NCBI GenBank assembly: GCA_039621445.1
Contig: CP154954.1
Coordinates: 28,985,837 to 29,049,836, forward strand
Source: Euglena gracilis
Lineage: Eukaryota
DNA length: 64,000 nucleotides
Direction of reading: 5' to 3'
In this document: positions 34,605-46,895 of the stretch, piece after piece
Layout: each line of letters opens with the position of its first letter
Numbering within the stretch: the stretch's first letter is position 1
Notes under the pieces: generated by a model
Told to the model about the DNA's origin: nothing
Database searches by the model: none
The model's input: the letters and a program-made list of their open reading frames with translations, nothing else
Made by a program: the position numbers and the translations under genes

Positions 34605-36740
34605 CTAAAGGCCCTTCGCGCTGGTGTTTGCCCGAACCACAAGGTGCCGGGTCTCGTCCAAGGGGTAGTTGTTCATGCTCTGGATGGCCCCTTGGGCCTC
34701 CTCCGGGGAGGTGAAGTGAATGAAGGCAATATTGCCCACCGGGTTGGAACCAGGTTGGGGTCGGCGAGGCCTGACGGGCACCATCGGCGGGCCGAACCGA
34801 CCAAAAATGCACAGCAAACGCCCAACCTGACTGGAGCCTCGGGTCAGCTGCACCTTGGAGATGGTGCCGAACCCCTCAAAGAGAGACTGCAGAGCAGTCG
34901 GGGACAGGACGGCAGCCGCCAATTGTGATGGGCGAAATGGGAACCGGGGACCAACGGGGCACCTTCACGGGACTCATTATTTGGACGGAAGACGGCCCCT
35001 CACTTGGGCCTATAGAAAACCGTGATTTGGCCCCAAAACAGGAAACCGATTGGGGGTTCCCATTGGGATCCCCGGGATAACTATTCCGATGTGCCGGCCA
35101 GATCAGGGCCCACGGGTGTGAAAAAGATGCGGATATCAAAAAACTAGCCAGATATCGACAGTTTTGAAAATCTTCTGCTGAGCTAACGGATGGGGGGAAA
35201 CAACAGCAAAACGACAGCGCTGCAGGACACGCGGACTGATTCCTCGGAGTCACCCCCCCGGGAATGGGAATGGCGCGACCGTCCTGCTCTCATCCCAATC
35301 ATGGGGCACCCCGCCGACGTAGACAGACGTCGGGCTCGCCACTGCACCACCCTTGCCCCGGCCCCGGCCCTTGCCCAGCCCGCGGCCGCCGGGGAAGCCC
35401 GCCGGGGCCCCGTAGGCAAAGCCGCCCCCAAAGCCACCAAAGGCACCGCCACGGGGAATCTTGAACGCCGGGCCACCGAATCCATTGTCCGCGGAAGGCT
35501 TTTTTCAAGCACGCGGCAATGCAAAACAGAATCACACAGAACGATTTTGGTGAACCACTCTGTTTTTCTTCGAGGACAATGCCACCCGTTCAGGATTCTC
35601 ACAAGGGCACCTTCCAATACGAGGGGGGATTGGTGGTAAAAAAAAAATGGCCAAAAAATGGTGCAAAAAGAAAAAAATTTTTAGCGATCAATCAAGACAA
35701 GGGAAAACTCCGGACATTTCCCAAAAATTTTCTGTCGTGGCCAAAATGGAACAAAAATATTTGACCAATTTTTGGTCATTGAAAAGAATTTTACTGCCGC
35801 CAGCGAACTCCCCGCAGGGTCAGTGTTGGGTCCTGGTGCCTGACAGGGGGAAGAAAGATGAAGCCCCCCGAACGGTCGGCCCCCACAAAGGATTCGGCCC
35901 TCCCGGCTGTTGGGGTGACCCAAAAGGGCCGGTGTTGGGATTCGCCCGGCGGTCAGCCCAGGTGGAGGGGTGCTGCTGCGGCTGATTTTGGCCCAGCTGC
36001 AGCAGCCCCCCCCCCCGGGTCTGCAAAACCCGACAGACATGAATAATATTTTTCTGCCCCGAAAAGACTGAAGAAGATGAGGGGTTTAAAAGAAGCCTGC
36101 CCAAGGGGCCGCTTCATCCCAGTGCCCGGCAGAGCATCCCGCAGCTGCGTGGAGGACATGAAGACCTTCAGCGTTTGGGGGAAATCCTCATCGAGAGGGT
36201 AGCCGTGAGAGGCAGGGGCATGCTCGCATTGCTGCCCGAAACCTCGGAGGAATTCCGTCCCATCCAAACGATGCAGAAACTCACATTCAAATGATGCGAG
36301 GACCAGCTCACCAGAGGGGAGTCCTCCTGGAGTTCCAAAGCTTCATTTCAGGTCACCGACAATTCCTTTGGCTTTGCTCATTTCCGCGATATGTTGACAT
36401 CGGTTCTCCGACCCCAAGAACAGCCCAAAATAAAGGGGCCGGATTGGCTGGAAAATGGCCTGAGAAAAATAGGGATGAACCGGAAAACCTGGTGAGACAA
36501 AAAAAAGTAATCACTCTTGAGGGGGTTTTCTTGAATTGAGAGAGAGGACGTCGTGGGCTGAACCAAACATGCGCCTCTGGCTTTGAACCTGTGTTTGGTC
36601 GGTTGGAAGGTGAGGATGACCCTGGCAGAGCCACTCAATTGCTGCCTGTGCCTCTTGCGGTGTGCCAAACCTTGCATAACCGACCTGGTGCCCTGACTTG
36701 GTGGTGCCAGGGGACTCAGCAAGCGCCCTGTGGACGCTGT
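34605..36740 (-). CDS. Multi-RRM RNA-binding protein with Gly/Arg-rich linker, paralog 1 (3' exons: ~36740-36628, 36207-36103, 35489-35290, 34899-34833, 34745-34605; 5' exons not resolved)
   Basis: Joined exons read ..[112 protein letters not shown], in frame with RNP2/RNP1 motifs. Confidence 0.85.
34746..34832 (-). other. Nonconventional (euglenid-type) intron, 87 nt
   Basis: C|AGTCAGGTTGGG...CCCAACCTGGTTCC|A: CAG at +4..6, CTG at -8..-6, 9-bp terminal stem. Absent in paralog 2. Confidence 0.85.
34900..35289 (-). other. Nonconventional intron, 390 nt
   Basis: GAGCAGGACGG...CCGTCCTGTCCCC: 8-bp perfect stem. Splicing gives DWDE-TALQ. Confidence 0.85.
35490..36102 (-). other. Nonconventional intron, 613 nt
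   Basis: GGGCAGGCTTCTTTT...AAAAAAGCCTTCCGCG. Terminal pairing in the same register (CTT instead of CTG); the frame is preserved. Confidence 0.7.
36208..36627 (-). other. Nonconventional intron, 420 nt
   Basis: TGCCAGGGTCATCCTC...GAGCATGCCCCTGCCTCT. Splicing gives AIEWL-HGYPL, parallel to [10 protein letters not shown]. Confidence 0.8.
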
Positions 36741-38425
36741 GTGCAGGGATGCCGAAGCGCAACCCCCCCCCCCAAATGGGCCATCTGAGGGCATTTCCCC
36801 CCAAAATTTTTGGCAATGGCGAAACCTCCCAGGGAGTTCCGGGGGGGGGGGGGTCTTCCAAATTAAAAAGCCTGAGCACCCCTGAGAAACCCGCCTAAGA
36901 AAAATCGCTGGGCCCACCAATCCTGGGATGCGGGAGGGTCCAGCTTGTCCCCCAAAACCTAATGCTAACCAATCCAGCTTGGTTAGCATTCTTGAGCCAA
37001 AATCTGGAGGTGAAAATCCAAAAGACCCCCATCACTTGGTGACCGACCCCCAGGGGGGTCCAGCTCAGAGGCTGAAAAATTTGGGCTGGCTGGAAAAAGG
37101 CTGACCCCCCCAATAGGCCAATAGGGGGGGTTAGGGGGGGGGTCCCTGGCTGGAACTGGGCCGACCTGGGGTCGAACCTGGGAAAGGCCAAAAATGCCCA
37201 AAAAACTGCCAATTATGCAAAAAAAATAAACTTTTCGATCCAAAATTTGCCTGGCCAGCCCAAAGCCGACCCGTTATTTGCCCATTTTGGTCAATTTTGC
37301 ACCCCCGAAAGCCAAAAATCCGTCACCGTCCAGCCGCCCAAAGGGCGGCTGGAAAACGACAACTCGTCGATGGGGGGAGGGGGGTCTGGGGGCTGCTGGC
37401 TGGCTGGATCCCGTCAGGCATGGGGTCCACTTCGGCTCAAATGATGTGAATGTCTCCAGCCAAGGTGCCAAAAGCCCACATCAGAAGAATTGCTGTGGTC
37501 CCCTGCATATGATTGATGATGCATCGTTGCACTCCGGCAGCAAATTTGAACATCAAGCGGAATTCACGCGGTGTTGCGGGCAATGGTCACCCAACTGTCA
37601 CATCAGCCTGAAGGAAAGCAAAAGGTTTCCTTTCACAAATGGGGGGCCATTGGATATGTGGTCTGGGAGGTTTCCGACGCAGATGGTGGTCGATGCTTCA
37701 ACCAATGCCATAATATTGTTGCGTACCTGTGAGAGCAAATGCGGGTGGAAATGCAACTGAAACCGTGTTGAATAAAAGCTTTTGAAGTGTGCTAATCAGG
37801 GCGTTTTTTGACGACCCAGTGGAAAGGATGAACAGGGGGGGAGTTCTCCAGTCAAACGAGGAGAGCGGGACAGGGCTGTGGGGGGAAGGCTGGGGAGGAG
37901 GGGATTGGACCACGGGGCGGGGGGGGGATATGCAACAAGGGCTCACTAAATATGAAAGGCAAAAAAAGCAAAAGTGCAAAAAAATGCAAAAATATGCAAG
38001 TTTTGCATAAATCCCATCAGGAGCTCCCCGGGGCTGTACACTTTTTCACTGGAGAGGACTTCAGTGGTTCCTAAAATCTGTTTTAAATCTTCCAAGGCAA
38101 ATTTTTGAAAGCTTTTTAAAGTGCCTGGGCCAGACCCCCCCAGGGGGGGTTCTCGGACAGAATATTGGTTTTGGCGCGAGGCAGCCAATTTTTGGGGGGG
38201 AAATGCCCTATTTGCTATTTTTGGAACCTGCCGAGGAGGGGGGTGGGGGGAGGTCCACACCATACCATTGGTTGCCGACCCCCAAGGGGGGGGGGTCACT
38301 TTCTACTTTCAAAAAGCCAGTCATTCACTTTTCAAAAAAGGATTTTGGCCAAACCCCACCTCCGGGGGGGGGGTCTAGAGCCAAAAAACCAGTCAGTCAC
38401 TTCGAAAAAACTAGTCAGCCACTCC

Positions 38426-38806
38426 CAGGGCAGAACGGGAAGGCCTGGTGGGGGGGGGGGGGGTCCACCCCCCCCACCCACCACAGCATCTTCGATTTCG
38501 GGAAAATAGGGATTTTGGCCGGAAAATTTTTTGATTTTTTTTGAAAAATGAACCCAAAACACATGATTTTTTGATGGAAAACCACATTTTTTCACAAAAG
38601 ATCTCAAAATATTCAGGGTTAAAAATTGGTATTCTTAGGGGGGGTGAAAAAAACGAAGGTCCAAAAAAGTGGACCAAATTTTGGCACAGTCAAATTTTAC
38701 TGACATTTTTTCTCTGGGAAATTTTTTGGATTTTCAATGGCATTTTTTTGCTTCAAACCCCCCCACCCACCACCCTGGCTGTTTGGCCGTTTCCCGTTCT
38801 GCCCTG
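38426..38806. mobile_element. hAT-like MITE nested in the CAGTCAGTCAC repeat family
   Basis: 16-bp TIR CAGGGCAGAACGGGAA...TTCCCGTTCTGCCCTG. Perfect 8-bp TSD GCCACTCC. Confidence 0.88.
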
Positions 38807-40668
38807 GCCACTCCCCTGGGGTGGTGTGGTCCTGAAACAATGGGATACACCAGACCCCCCTACTGCTCACCTAATACCCGGGGGGGGGGGTTCAGACCCC
38901 TCCGGTCAAAGGGGTTGTGGTTGGACTACCCCCCGAAAGCCCGGATGCCTGGTGAAAGCCCGCCAACCTGCCAACCATGGGAAACCTGTTCATCCCTGGA
39001 CCTCACGCGAAGCAATGCGAACTGCACAAAACAAAGGGGTGAGAGGATCGACGGTGGTGCCTGTGAGCCGTCGCCTTCATCAGTGATGGTGCGTCCGAAC
39101 AGTGAGGCCTTCTTCAGGCATCAGGCGATAATTGTGGCCAAAAACGCACAGCAAACGAACGGAGGAAAGAGGGAGTTCAGAAAGGTTCGGGATGGCGTGC
39201 AGCACCAGTTGCGGCAAGTGGTGACTGCAGCCATTGAAAAGATACATCTCAAAAAAAATGGATGGATGGAGAACTTAACAACAGCGTTTTAAACCAAAAA
39301 ACCACTGTCCCCCAACGAAGCCTTCTCTTTCTTTTTGGCTGGAGATAATGTTTTCACTTCCTACTCCCATTGATGAAATTTGAACAATGCTTTCCGCGAG
39401 AAAAAGACATCATGCAGAGGAAATCAAATGGGTTTGAGAGTGACCCTTTTGCCATCAACGTGCGTCAAATCCCACATGGTTTTTAAGTGCTTTGGGCTTC
39501 CCAGACGAGGAAGGAAACTGAAAACAAAAGTAACATCACGGTCTCGATTGTGTTTCAGAGGTATCTTTGGCAGAATACAACCTCCGTCGCTTGCATACGT
39601 GAAATACCTTGATCATAATTCTTGGCTTTGTGCTATGGCGTCTCAATTTGAGTGCTTTACAATGCAGAGGAGAGGAGCAGGCTTCTTTTTAAAATACGAG
39701 GGGGAACAGAGGAAGGGAACTGTCCATCCATTTTCCAAAGTACCTTGGGAGGTGCCCTGCTTCCGGCCAGGGGGTTTTTTTAACACTGGGGGGAGGGGTC
39801 CCCTCCACCCACCCCCTTGGGGGGGCGCCCCGGAGGGGGTCTGGGGGACCACTCACTTTTCCCCGAGGTTGGTCCAACCTGCCAAAAAGGCCAAAATGTC
39901 GTATATTTCCTTCAGATTTGGTGTCTCCTCAAAGTTCAAATATCCATGCCTTTTTCTGGGTATGCCCCCCAAGCAGTGACCTATGCCGGCTTGCAGATAA
40001 AGCTTTCAAAATGGACCAAAAAGACTTTTTCAGGGTGCCTGGGGGGGCACATATCTGAAATTGTGCGCCTGGTGCAAAGTGCCGGAAGCAGTGGTTTTTT
40101 TTAGTCTTGGACCCCCCGGGGGGCAGGCAGGGCAGGCGGGTCTGGCTGAGCCCCCCCCCCCCAGGTCCTTCAAGGGGGGTGGGATATAAACCCCCCTCCC
40201 ACTTATAAACCCCCCGGGGTTTAATGGATCCGGTTTGGTTGGTCGGCCGAAGGGTGGGTTGGTAAGTGGGGGGAGGTTATAAGTCCCGGAATTGTTGGTG
40301 AAAATCCGACCCCCAAAAATAACCCCGAAACCCCCCAAATTGGCAATTTTGTCAAATTTGGACAAAAATGCATTTTTGACGATGGTCGGTCTCAAAAAAA
40401 ACTGCCAAAAAATCAACTTTTGGTGGTTTACGGCCGAAAAAATTTGTCCCCGGTGGCTTTCGTTTTTCTTCCCCAGGGAGGGGGGGGTTATAAGTCCCGG
40501 TTTGGTTGGTCGGCCCGAGGGGGGGTTTATAAGTAGGGGGGGGTTTATAAGTGGGGGGGGGGGTTATAAGTGGGGGGGGGTTACTTTTTGGTGCTGAAGG
40601 CGACAAATTTTTTTAAAAGGGTGCTACTTTTGGCATTTTCGCGATTTTTTGGCGCATATCCCCCATGA

Positions 40669-41101
40669 CAGGCATTTGCTTAAGGACCCCGGGGGGGGGG
40701 TACTGGCTAGCCAATCGGCTAGACACTGGAAAAAGTGGACTAGCTTAGACCCCCCCCTCCCCCCGGGGGGGTCCGGGGGTCCCCCGGACTGGAAAAAAAT
40801 TTTTCCTCCGGCGCTGCGCGCCAGAGGAAAAATGAGGTTTTTAACAGGTTTTTGGCTGATTTTGTTCCAAAAATTCCCAAAAATGGCCAAAAACGGGCAT
40901 TTTTGGCCATTTTTGGGAGTCCCAAAAAAAATTTTCGGCGCTTCGCGCCGGTCACTGGAAAATATTTTTCCACTAGCTAGCCCTGCTAGCAGACCCCCCC
41001 CGGGGGGGGGGGTCTGCTAGAAAACCCACTAGCCAAATTTGGACTAGCTGCAGTCCAGCCCCCCCCCCCGGGGGTACTGCAATCCCTTAAGCAAATGCCT
41101 G
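40669..41101. mobile_element. TIR MITE related to 33181-33643
   Basis: 17-bp TIR CAGGCATTTGCTTAAGG...CCTTAAGCAAATGCCTG. 7-bp TSD CCCATGA. Confidence 0.85.
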
Positions 41102-41369
41102 CCCATGACCCCTGACCCTCAAGGGAGGTTTCGGTTTAAAAAATGGTGCTTTTTTCACTGGCTGTCCAGGGGTTCACAAGAAAGTCCACTGGCCAATTTT
41201 TGCCGGTAGCAGTCCAGCCCCCTCCCTCAAAGGGGGTCTGCTAGGATGCAGTGAAATCTTTTATGTGGGCTGAAAAAAATTGTCTTTTGGGCAAACAGAT
41301 ATCCACAAATTGAGTTTCTTTATGCTCCCTCCACCATTCAAGAGAAGCAAGCCAAAAACAAGCTGGTGC

Positions 41370-44300
41370 CTAGATACGTGGGCTGCTGGTGTTGCCCCGC
41401 ACCACGAGGTGACGGGTTTCATCCAGCGGGTAGTTGTTCATGCTCTGGATGGCGCCTTGGGCCTCCTCTGGGGTTGTGAAGTGGATGAATGCAATGACAT
41501 CAGAGATGCAGGCTTCAGTGTCCAGGTGCCTGATTCTGAACAAAAATCAACTGACAGTGACAAATTCGGCAGGTAAAGCAAGCAGCAGGTATTGTGGTTT
41601 TTGGCCAGTAAACCATCATGGAAATGTCGCCTATTGTGAACAGGCCATTGCTTGAGGAACTCAGCGGATCCACTGGCTAGCCATTTTGCTGGACACTGGA
41701 AAAAATGGACTAGTTAGACCCCGGGGGACCCCCAGACTGGGAAAAAATTTCCTCCAGCGCTGTGAGCCGAGGTGGAAATGAGGTTTCTTTTGCATTTCTC
41801 TTCGGCACTTCGCACTGAAAACCGAAACCCAGGCCTCCAGCCCATCTGTGTCAGAGGGTCTGGACCAAAACACTCGGCTTCCGGGGGGGGGGGGGGCCCC
41901 TTTGGGGGTCAATTTTGGGGTCCGAAAAAAACTTCGGCGCGAATAGAAGAAAACCCTGCCTCCAGCGGGGCACCATACTCCCCCGAGCTATTCCAAATGG
42001 TCAATATTGAGCACTTTTGACAAAAAGTGCTTTTGAAAACGTCCAAAAAAACGTCAATTTTGGACTGTACTTTTTTGGACTGCACTTTTTGGACTTTCTT
42101 CATAAAAAGTGCTATGACAGTGACCTAATCCCGCCCCCCCCCCATGGGAATAGCTCGGGGGGGCATGGTTCCCACTCGCCCTACCCCCACCCCCCCAGGG
42201 GGTTCGGCCGGGACCCATCCACCGGGTCATGAAACTTAAAAAAATTTCTGGTCTGTGACCCCGCCGGGGGGGGGGTCTTCTGAGTTTAGAAAAGCCTTCA
42301 CTGGATAGCACACTTTTGCATTGCTGCGGCAGGTTCCTCCTTGGAATGTCACAACGACATTTTCAGTCAACCACATCTTTCATTTGTGATGATTGTGACC
42401 AACAACTTGAAAAACCTCAATCGTCATCGAGGTCTCTTGAGCAGTGCAAGCGTATAACGCTCAGTTGTTACAGAATGGGTCATTACCTTTTCCCTATCAA
42501 TGGATTCGATGAGAAACAGCCTCCACTGCAAACATCCCTAGGTGTTCCCAACTGGGTTGCTTCCACGAGTGAGCTGCACTTTGGTGATTGTTCCAAATCC
42601 TTCAAACAGGGACTGGAGGGCAGTCAATTGAAGAGAAGAGCCACTTTGAATCTCGCTTGGGTGTTGGAAATGGGTGTCCAGTGCCATGTGTCCATCACAC
42701 CTGCCAGCCTTCCGTTGACATTGTTTTATAATGAAACAATTTGGAAATTCCCAAATATCACAAGGAGCACCATTGCGACATTAATCAAATTTCCAAACCT
42801 TGTAAATGCCTTTGATAAATAATCGGCAACAAGATTCTACTTGCCCCAGCCCGGCGGGTCAAAAACATTTTTGCGTTATTGATGGAGTAGGGTTAGGGTT
42901 AGGAGTTCGGCCTAACTTTAGGCCTGACTTGTACACCTAACCCTCTTTGAGTAAGGCCTAAAGTTGGGCCGAACTCCAAACACCCAAAATTTTTGCGGAG
43001 CCCCCTGGACATTCTACTTGCCCCCCCCTTGGGATGCCAAGTAGAAACTTGATGAATATTATCATCCAAAACAACGAAAATTTTTTTACATATAAAGCCA
43101 GGGGGACTTTGGGGGGTTTAAGGATAGTTTTGCCATTTGCATTTCACAACCAAACATACAAATACGAAAATTTTCGCCAAATACTCCCCCCCCCCTTCCC
43201 CCTTCGGGAGGACTTTGGTGGACCAAAATATTCTGGGAGTATTATTTGGGGAATTCTGTTTTGGCAAAGTTGCCAAAAATGCCAAAAAAAAGTTGGTGCA
43301 AGGCGCCGGAAAGGAAAATTTGACCATTTGGGGGGTCCCAGAAACCCGGAAAGTCGGTCCTAAGGGGGGTCAGTGGTACTTGTTCGGCATGGGGCCGCCA
43401 TCTGAATTTTTTTATATTTTCCAAGTCGGAAATTTTAGGGTTATCAGGGTTGCCAGGCCTAAATTTGATTCAAATTAGGACCAAAGTCAGGCCCCATTTT
43501 AGGTCTGACTTCTTAACCTAATTCCCTTCGGGGGCCCCCTGGCTGAACACGTTTTCAGGCTGAAATCTGGGCTCAGCCACAATTTGTGTGTGGAAAAAAT
43601 TTTCCCCGGGGCATTTGGTCAATTGGGGGGGTTCAATTAGGGGGGAGGGAGGTGGTAGCCAATGAACCGCATTACCCCCCCCCCCTTTTCAAAGGACTTT
43701 TGACAATAGGTCGGGCCGACCATGGTCGGCCGGACCATATGGTCGGTGGAAACGACCTCCATGGTTTTCCATTTCAGAAGCATAAAAACCCTTGGCCAAA
43801 CCCTGTGGAACATACAGAGGGGCTATTTTACCTACCAGACACCTTCATTAAGTTCATCTGGGTGCACACACAAAGGGATTTTGTTAGGGTGCGCGTTTTG
43901 GCCATCCTTGCCTTGCACACCCAAGGGGGTTTTGTTATTTTGGGCGGGGGGGTCCGGGGGGGGGGGTGGCAGGCCCCCCCGGAGGAGGCCGTAGGCTGAC
44001 TAAGTTAGCACAAAGGGATTTTGTTGGGGGGGGCGCGTTTGGCCATCCTTGCCTTGCACACACAAGGGGATTTTGTTATTTTGGGCGGGGGGTCCCGGGG
44101 GCCGACTAAGTTCGCGTTTTGGCAATCACTTTTCCTTTTTGGAGGGATATGGGACGTTTTTTGACAGTTTCAAGGCCATTCCAATGTGTTTCCGTGCATT
44201 TTGAGTCAAATTTACTGACTCAAATTTTCGGGGGGGGGGGGGGCTTAAATTCAAAAAAAAAATCGGGAGGTAATGCGGTTGATTGGAGGTCGGGCCGACC

Positions 44301-45538
44301 TGGTCGGCCTGACCTCCAATGGTCGATAAGCCATAGCCAATGGTCGGCCCGACTTCCGGGATCGTCATAGCCAATCATCCGCACGGAGCCCTGTTTTGGA
44401 AATAGAGTACCGTGCAGCGTGGAATAATCTGATGACACCGCTGGTCATCTGGTGAAAAGAGCTTTCAATCGAGGGGTAACTTGGCACCCTAACGTTGTAC
44501 GCAGCCCGAGATACACTCGCGATCGTCGGATCAGCCAGAATCTCAATCGAAATTTGTCGTGATTTTTGGTGTTCCTTACTTTAAGATGCTTAATGAACCA
44601 CACAGAAGCGATTTTTCTCTTCGAATCGACGGCCTGAGGGGTCCAGGGGGGCACAAGGATTGTGAAATTAGGATTTCCCAGTCAGGATACAGAGTACTGT
44701 GCAGCGTGGCTGAATTTGGTGGTGATTACTGGTTGTCTGATGAAAAGAGCTTTCGATTGAGGGGTGAGTTTGTACCTGAGCGATCGACACAGCCAGAGAT
44801 ACGCTCACGACCGTCGGAATTTGGCGATCAGATCAGTGGTGAATGATTGGTCCTGGGAGTGTCCTTACACCGAAGGTTGGGAACGCCGGTTTCCCCAAAA
44901 ACGCCGCTTTAAAGAGGGGGGTGGGTAAAAATTGTATGATCCAGGCCCACACGCACATAGAGGGCAAGAGCCAGGCCAGAAGAGGGGATAAGGACCAGCC
45001 AGCCAGAAGAAACAAATACCGTCCGAAAAATGGCCGGACGGCATTTGGCTTTCGGAGGTGCAAAAATGGGCGGAAAACGCCTGGCCGGGAAAGTTTTTGG
45101 GTCGGAAAATTGATTTTTTGGTTCCTGTTCGCTGCACGACCACCACCCCCAAACGGCAGGTAAAAACCCCCCAAATAACGGGGCAGGGTGCCCCGTTACT
45201 GGCACCATCATTTTGGCCCCGATTTTTACTAAAAATGGACCGAACCCACAGCGGGTAGGTAAAGACACCCATATAGATAGAGATATAGAGAGAGAGATAT
45301 AGATAGAGAGAGAGATATGAGAGAGATAGAGAGAGAGAGGAGATAGGAGATATAAGAGAGTAGTAGATAGTAGAGATAGAGAGTAGATAGAGAGAGATAT
45401 AGAGTATATATAGATATATATATATATATATCTAGATATATAGAGATATATATATATATATATATATAGATAGATATATATATATATATATATAGATCTC
45501 TCTCTATAGTATCTCTATATATATATATATATATATCT

Positions 45539-45577
<39 letters not shown>

Positions 45578-46895
45578 CTAATATAGATATATTATAATAT
45601 ATTCATATATATATATCTCTGGCCACATATATCACAACACCCCCCTCGCATGCCACATAATAGACCATCGCCCAACATAAACCTGCCCATGCAGAGTTTG
45701 CTCATTTTCCCGTTGACCTTCTCTCACCCCGGCACAAACTTCCCTCAGTTTTTGTTTTACACCGCACATGACATTTGTACGGTCTGCTTCTCCATCACCG
45801 TACATGTTGTACATTGCGCCGCGCTGAGTCCCCTTACCCCCCTGGGGGGATAACTGGTAAATGCCTGCCATACACACAAATATGCATGCATGTTTGTATA
45901 CATATGTACATGTATGTACTCGCAGCACGCAAGAATTGTGGAATATTTTCGTCCTCACTAACCTCTTGGACCCAAAAAACTGAGGGTGCCCCGTTATTGG
46001 AACCATCTTTTTCGGCCTTCCCCCCGCCCCATTATTCGGGCACTGCCAACTCAAAGGGCACTGCCTCGTTATTTGGGGGGGGGGTCGCTGAGCTCTTTTT
46101 ACTTGTTCGCTACTCGACCCCCACCTCCAAAATGACAAGTCGGTTCCCTTGAGTTCCAACATGTGGTATTATGACGTTATTTGAAGGAGCAGGGTTAGGT
46201 TTAAGATTCTCATGCCCCACTACAAAAAGGAGGGGGGGGACGCCAGTTCTGTCCTGAGCCCGGCGTCCTGAACCCGGCGTCCGGGGACGCCGGGTTCAGG
46301 GCAGAACCGGCGTGGGGAGGGGGGTCACTCCACTTTTCAAAAAACCAGTCAGTCACTTTTTTCGGGAAGCCAGTCAGCCACGACCCCCCCCCCGGGGGGG
46401 GGGGTCGGTCACTCTGGAATCCAAGGGAAACTTGGCCCAAAACATGAAAAAAAGGCCAAATTTTTTTTCCGGCTAGGTCGCTGGGTCAGTTTTGTGGTTT
46501 TTTTTGCCAACCCCCCCCGGGGAGGGGGTCCGGGCCAAAAACCAGTCAGTCACTCTGAAAACCCCAGCACCCACCCCCCAGGGCCTGGATGGGGTGTCAC
46601 TCTCTCTTAAGCGGGGGTGTCACTCTCCGGGACTGGAGGGGTGCGGACCCCCCCTTTTGGGTGGGTTGGTTTCTCCGGGCAATTGGGCTTGGCTCAAAAG
46701 GCAGGTTGGGACCGAAGATTTTTGCTTTGCATGAGAAGATCTTGATCGGCCTGACCCCCCAAGTAACGGATGGTGGGGTGTGTTGGAAGCATGCTGCGTC
46801 TGTGCTCTGGAAACACTTGGCACTTCCCTGGGCTCATCCCAGTCATGGGGTACACCTCCAACATAAACGGATGAGGGGCTGGAGGCTACACCACC
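41370..46895 (-). CDS. RRM RNA-binding protein, paralog 2 (exons ~46895-46834, 42625-42544, 41495-41370; upstream exons not found in window)
   Basis: [84 protein letters not shown]. Protein is nearly identical to paralog 1, with many synonymous changes. Confidence 0.85.
41496..42543 (-). other. Nonconventional intron, 1048 nt
   Basis: C|ACCTAGGGATG...CATCTCTGATGTC|A. 8-bp stem with G-U pairs. Splicing gives GN-IAFIH, which is uninterrupted in paralog 1. Confidence 0.82.
42626..46833 (-). other. Nonconventional intron, 4208 nt
   Basis: GCCCAGGGAAGTGCCA...TGGCTCTTCTCTTCAATT. Terminal pairing, and the same position (GA|G of Glu) as the 390-nt intron in paralog 1. Confidence 0.78.
45272..45632. 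repeat. Degenerate (GA)n/(TA)n microsatellite
   Basis: Direct reading. Confidence 0.95.

Larger units (their letters stand above)
31173..34921. repeat. Large inverted duplication: arms 31173-32870 and 33227-34921, ~356-bp spacer
   Basis: Mirror-image identical ORFs in the track (e.g. 31172-31489+ / 34605-34922-). Coordinate sum is ~66094 throughout. Confidence 0.95.

Noticed and set aside
36694-36740. Possible 31-nt mini-intron with CAG/CTG register
   Set aside because: Removal would shift the frame and the upstream exon is unknown; not supportable.
37278-39979. Candidate upstream exons of RRM paralog 1 or another gene
   Set aside because: Coding-like patches exist but I could not assign a consistent frame or junctions by eye.
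42889-42904. Telomere repeat TTAGGG
   Set aside because: Fewer than three units, internal.
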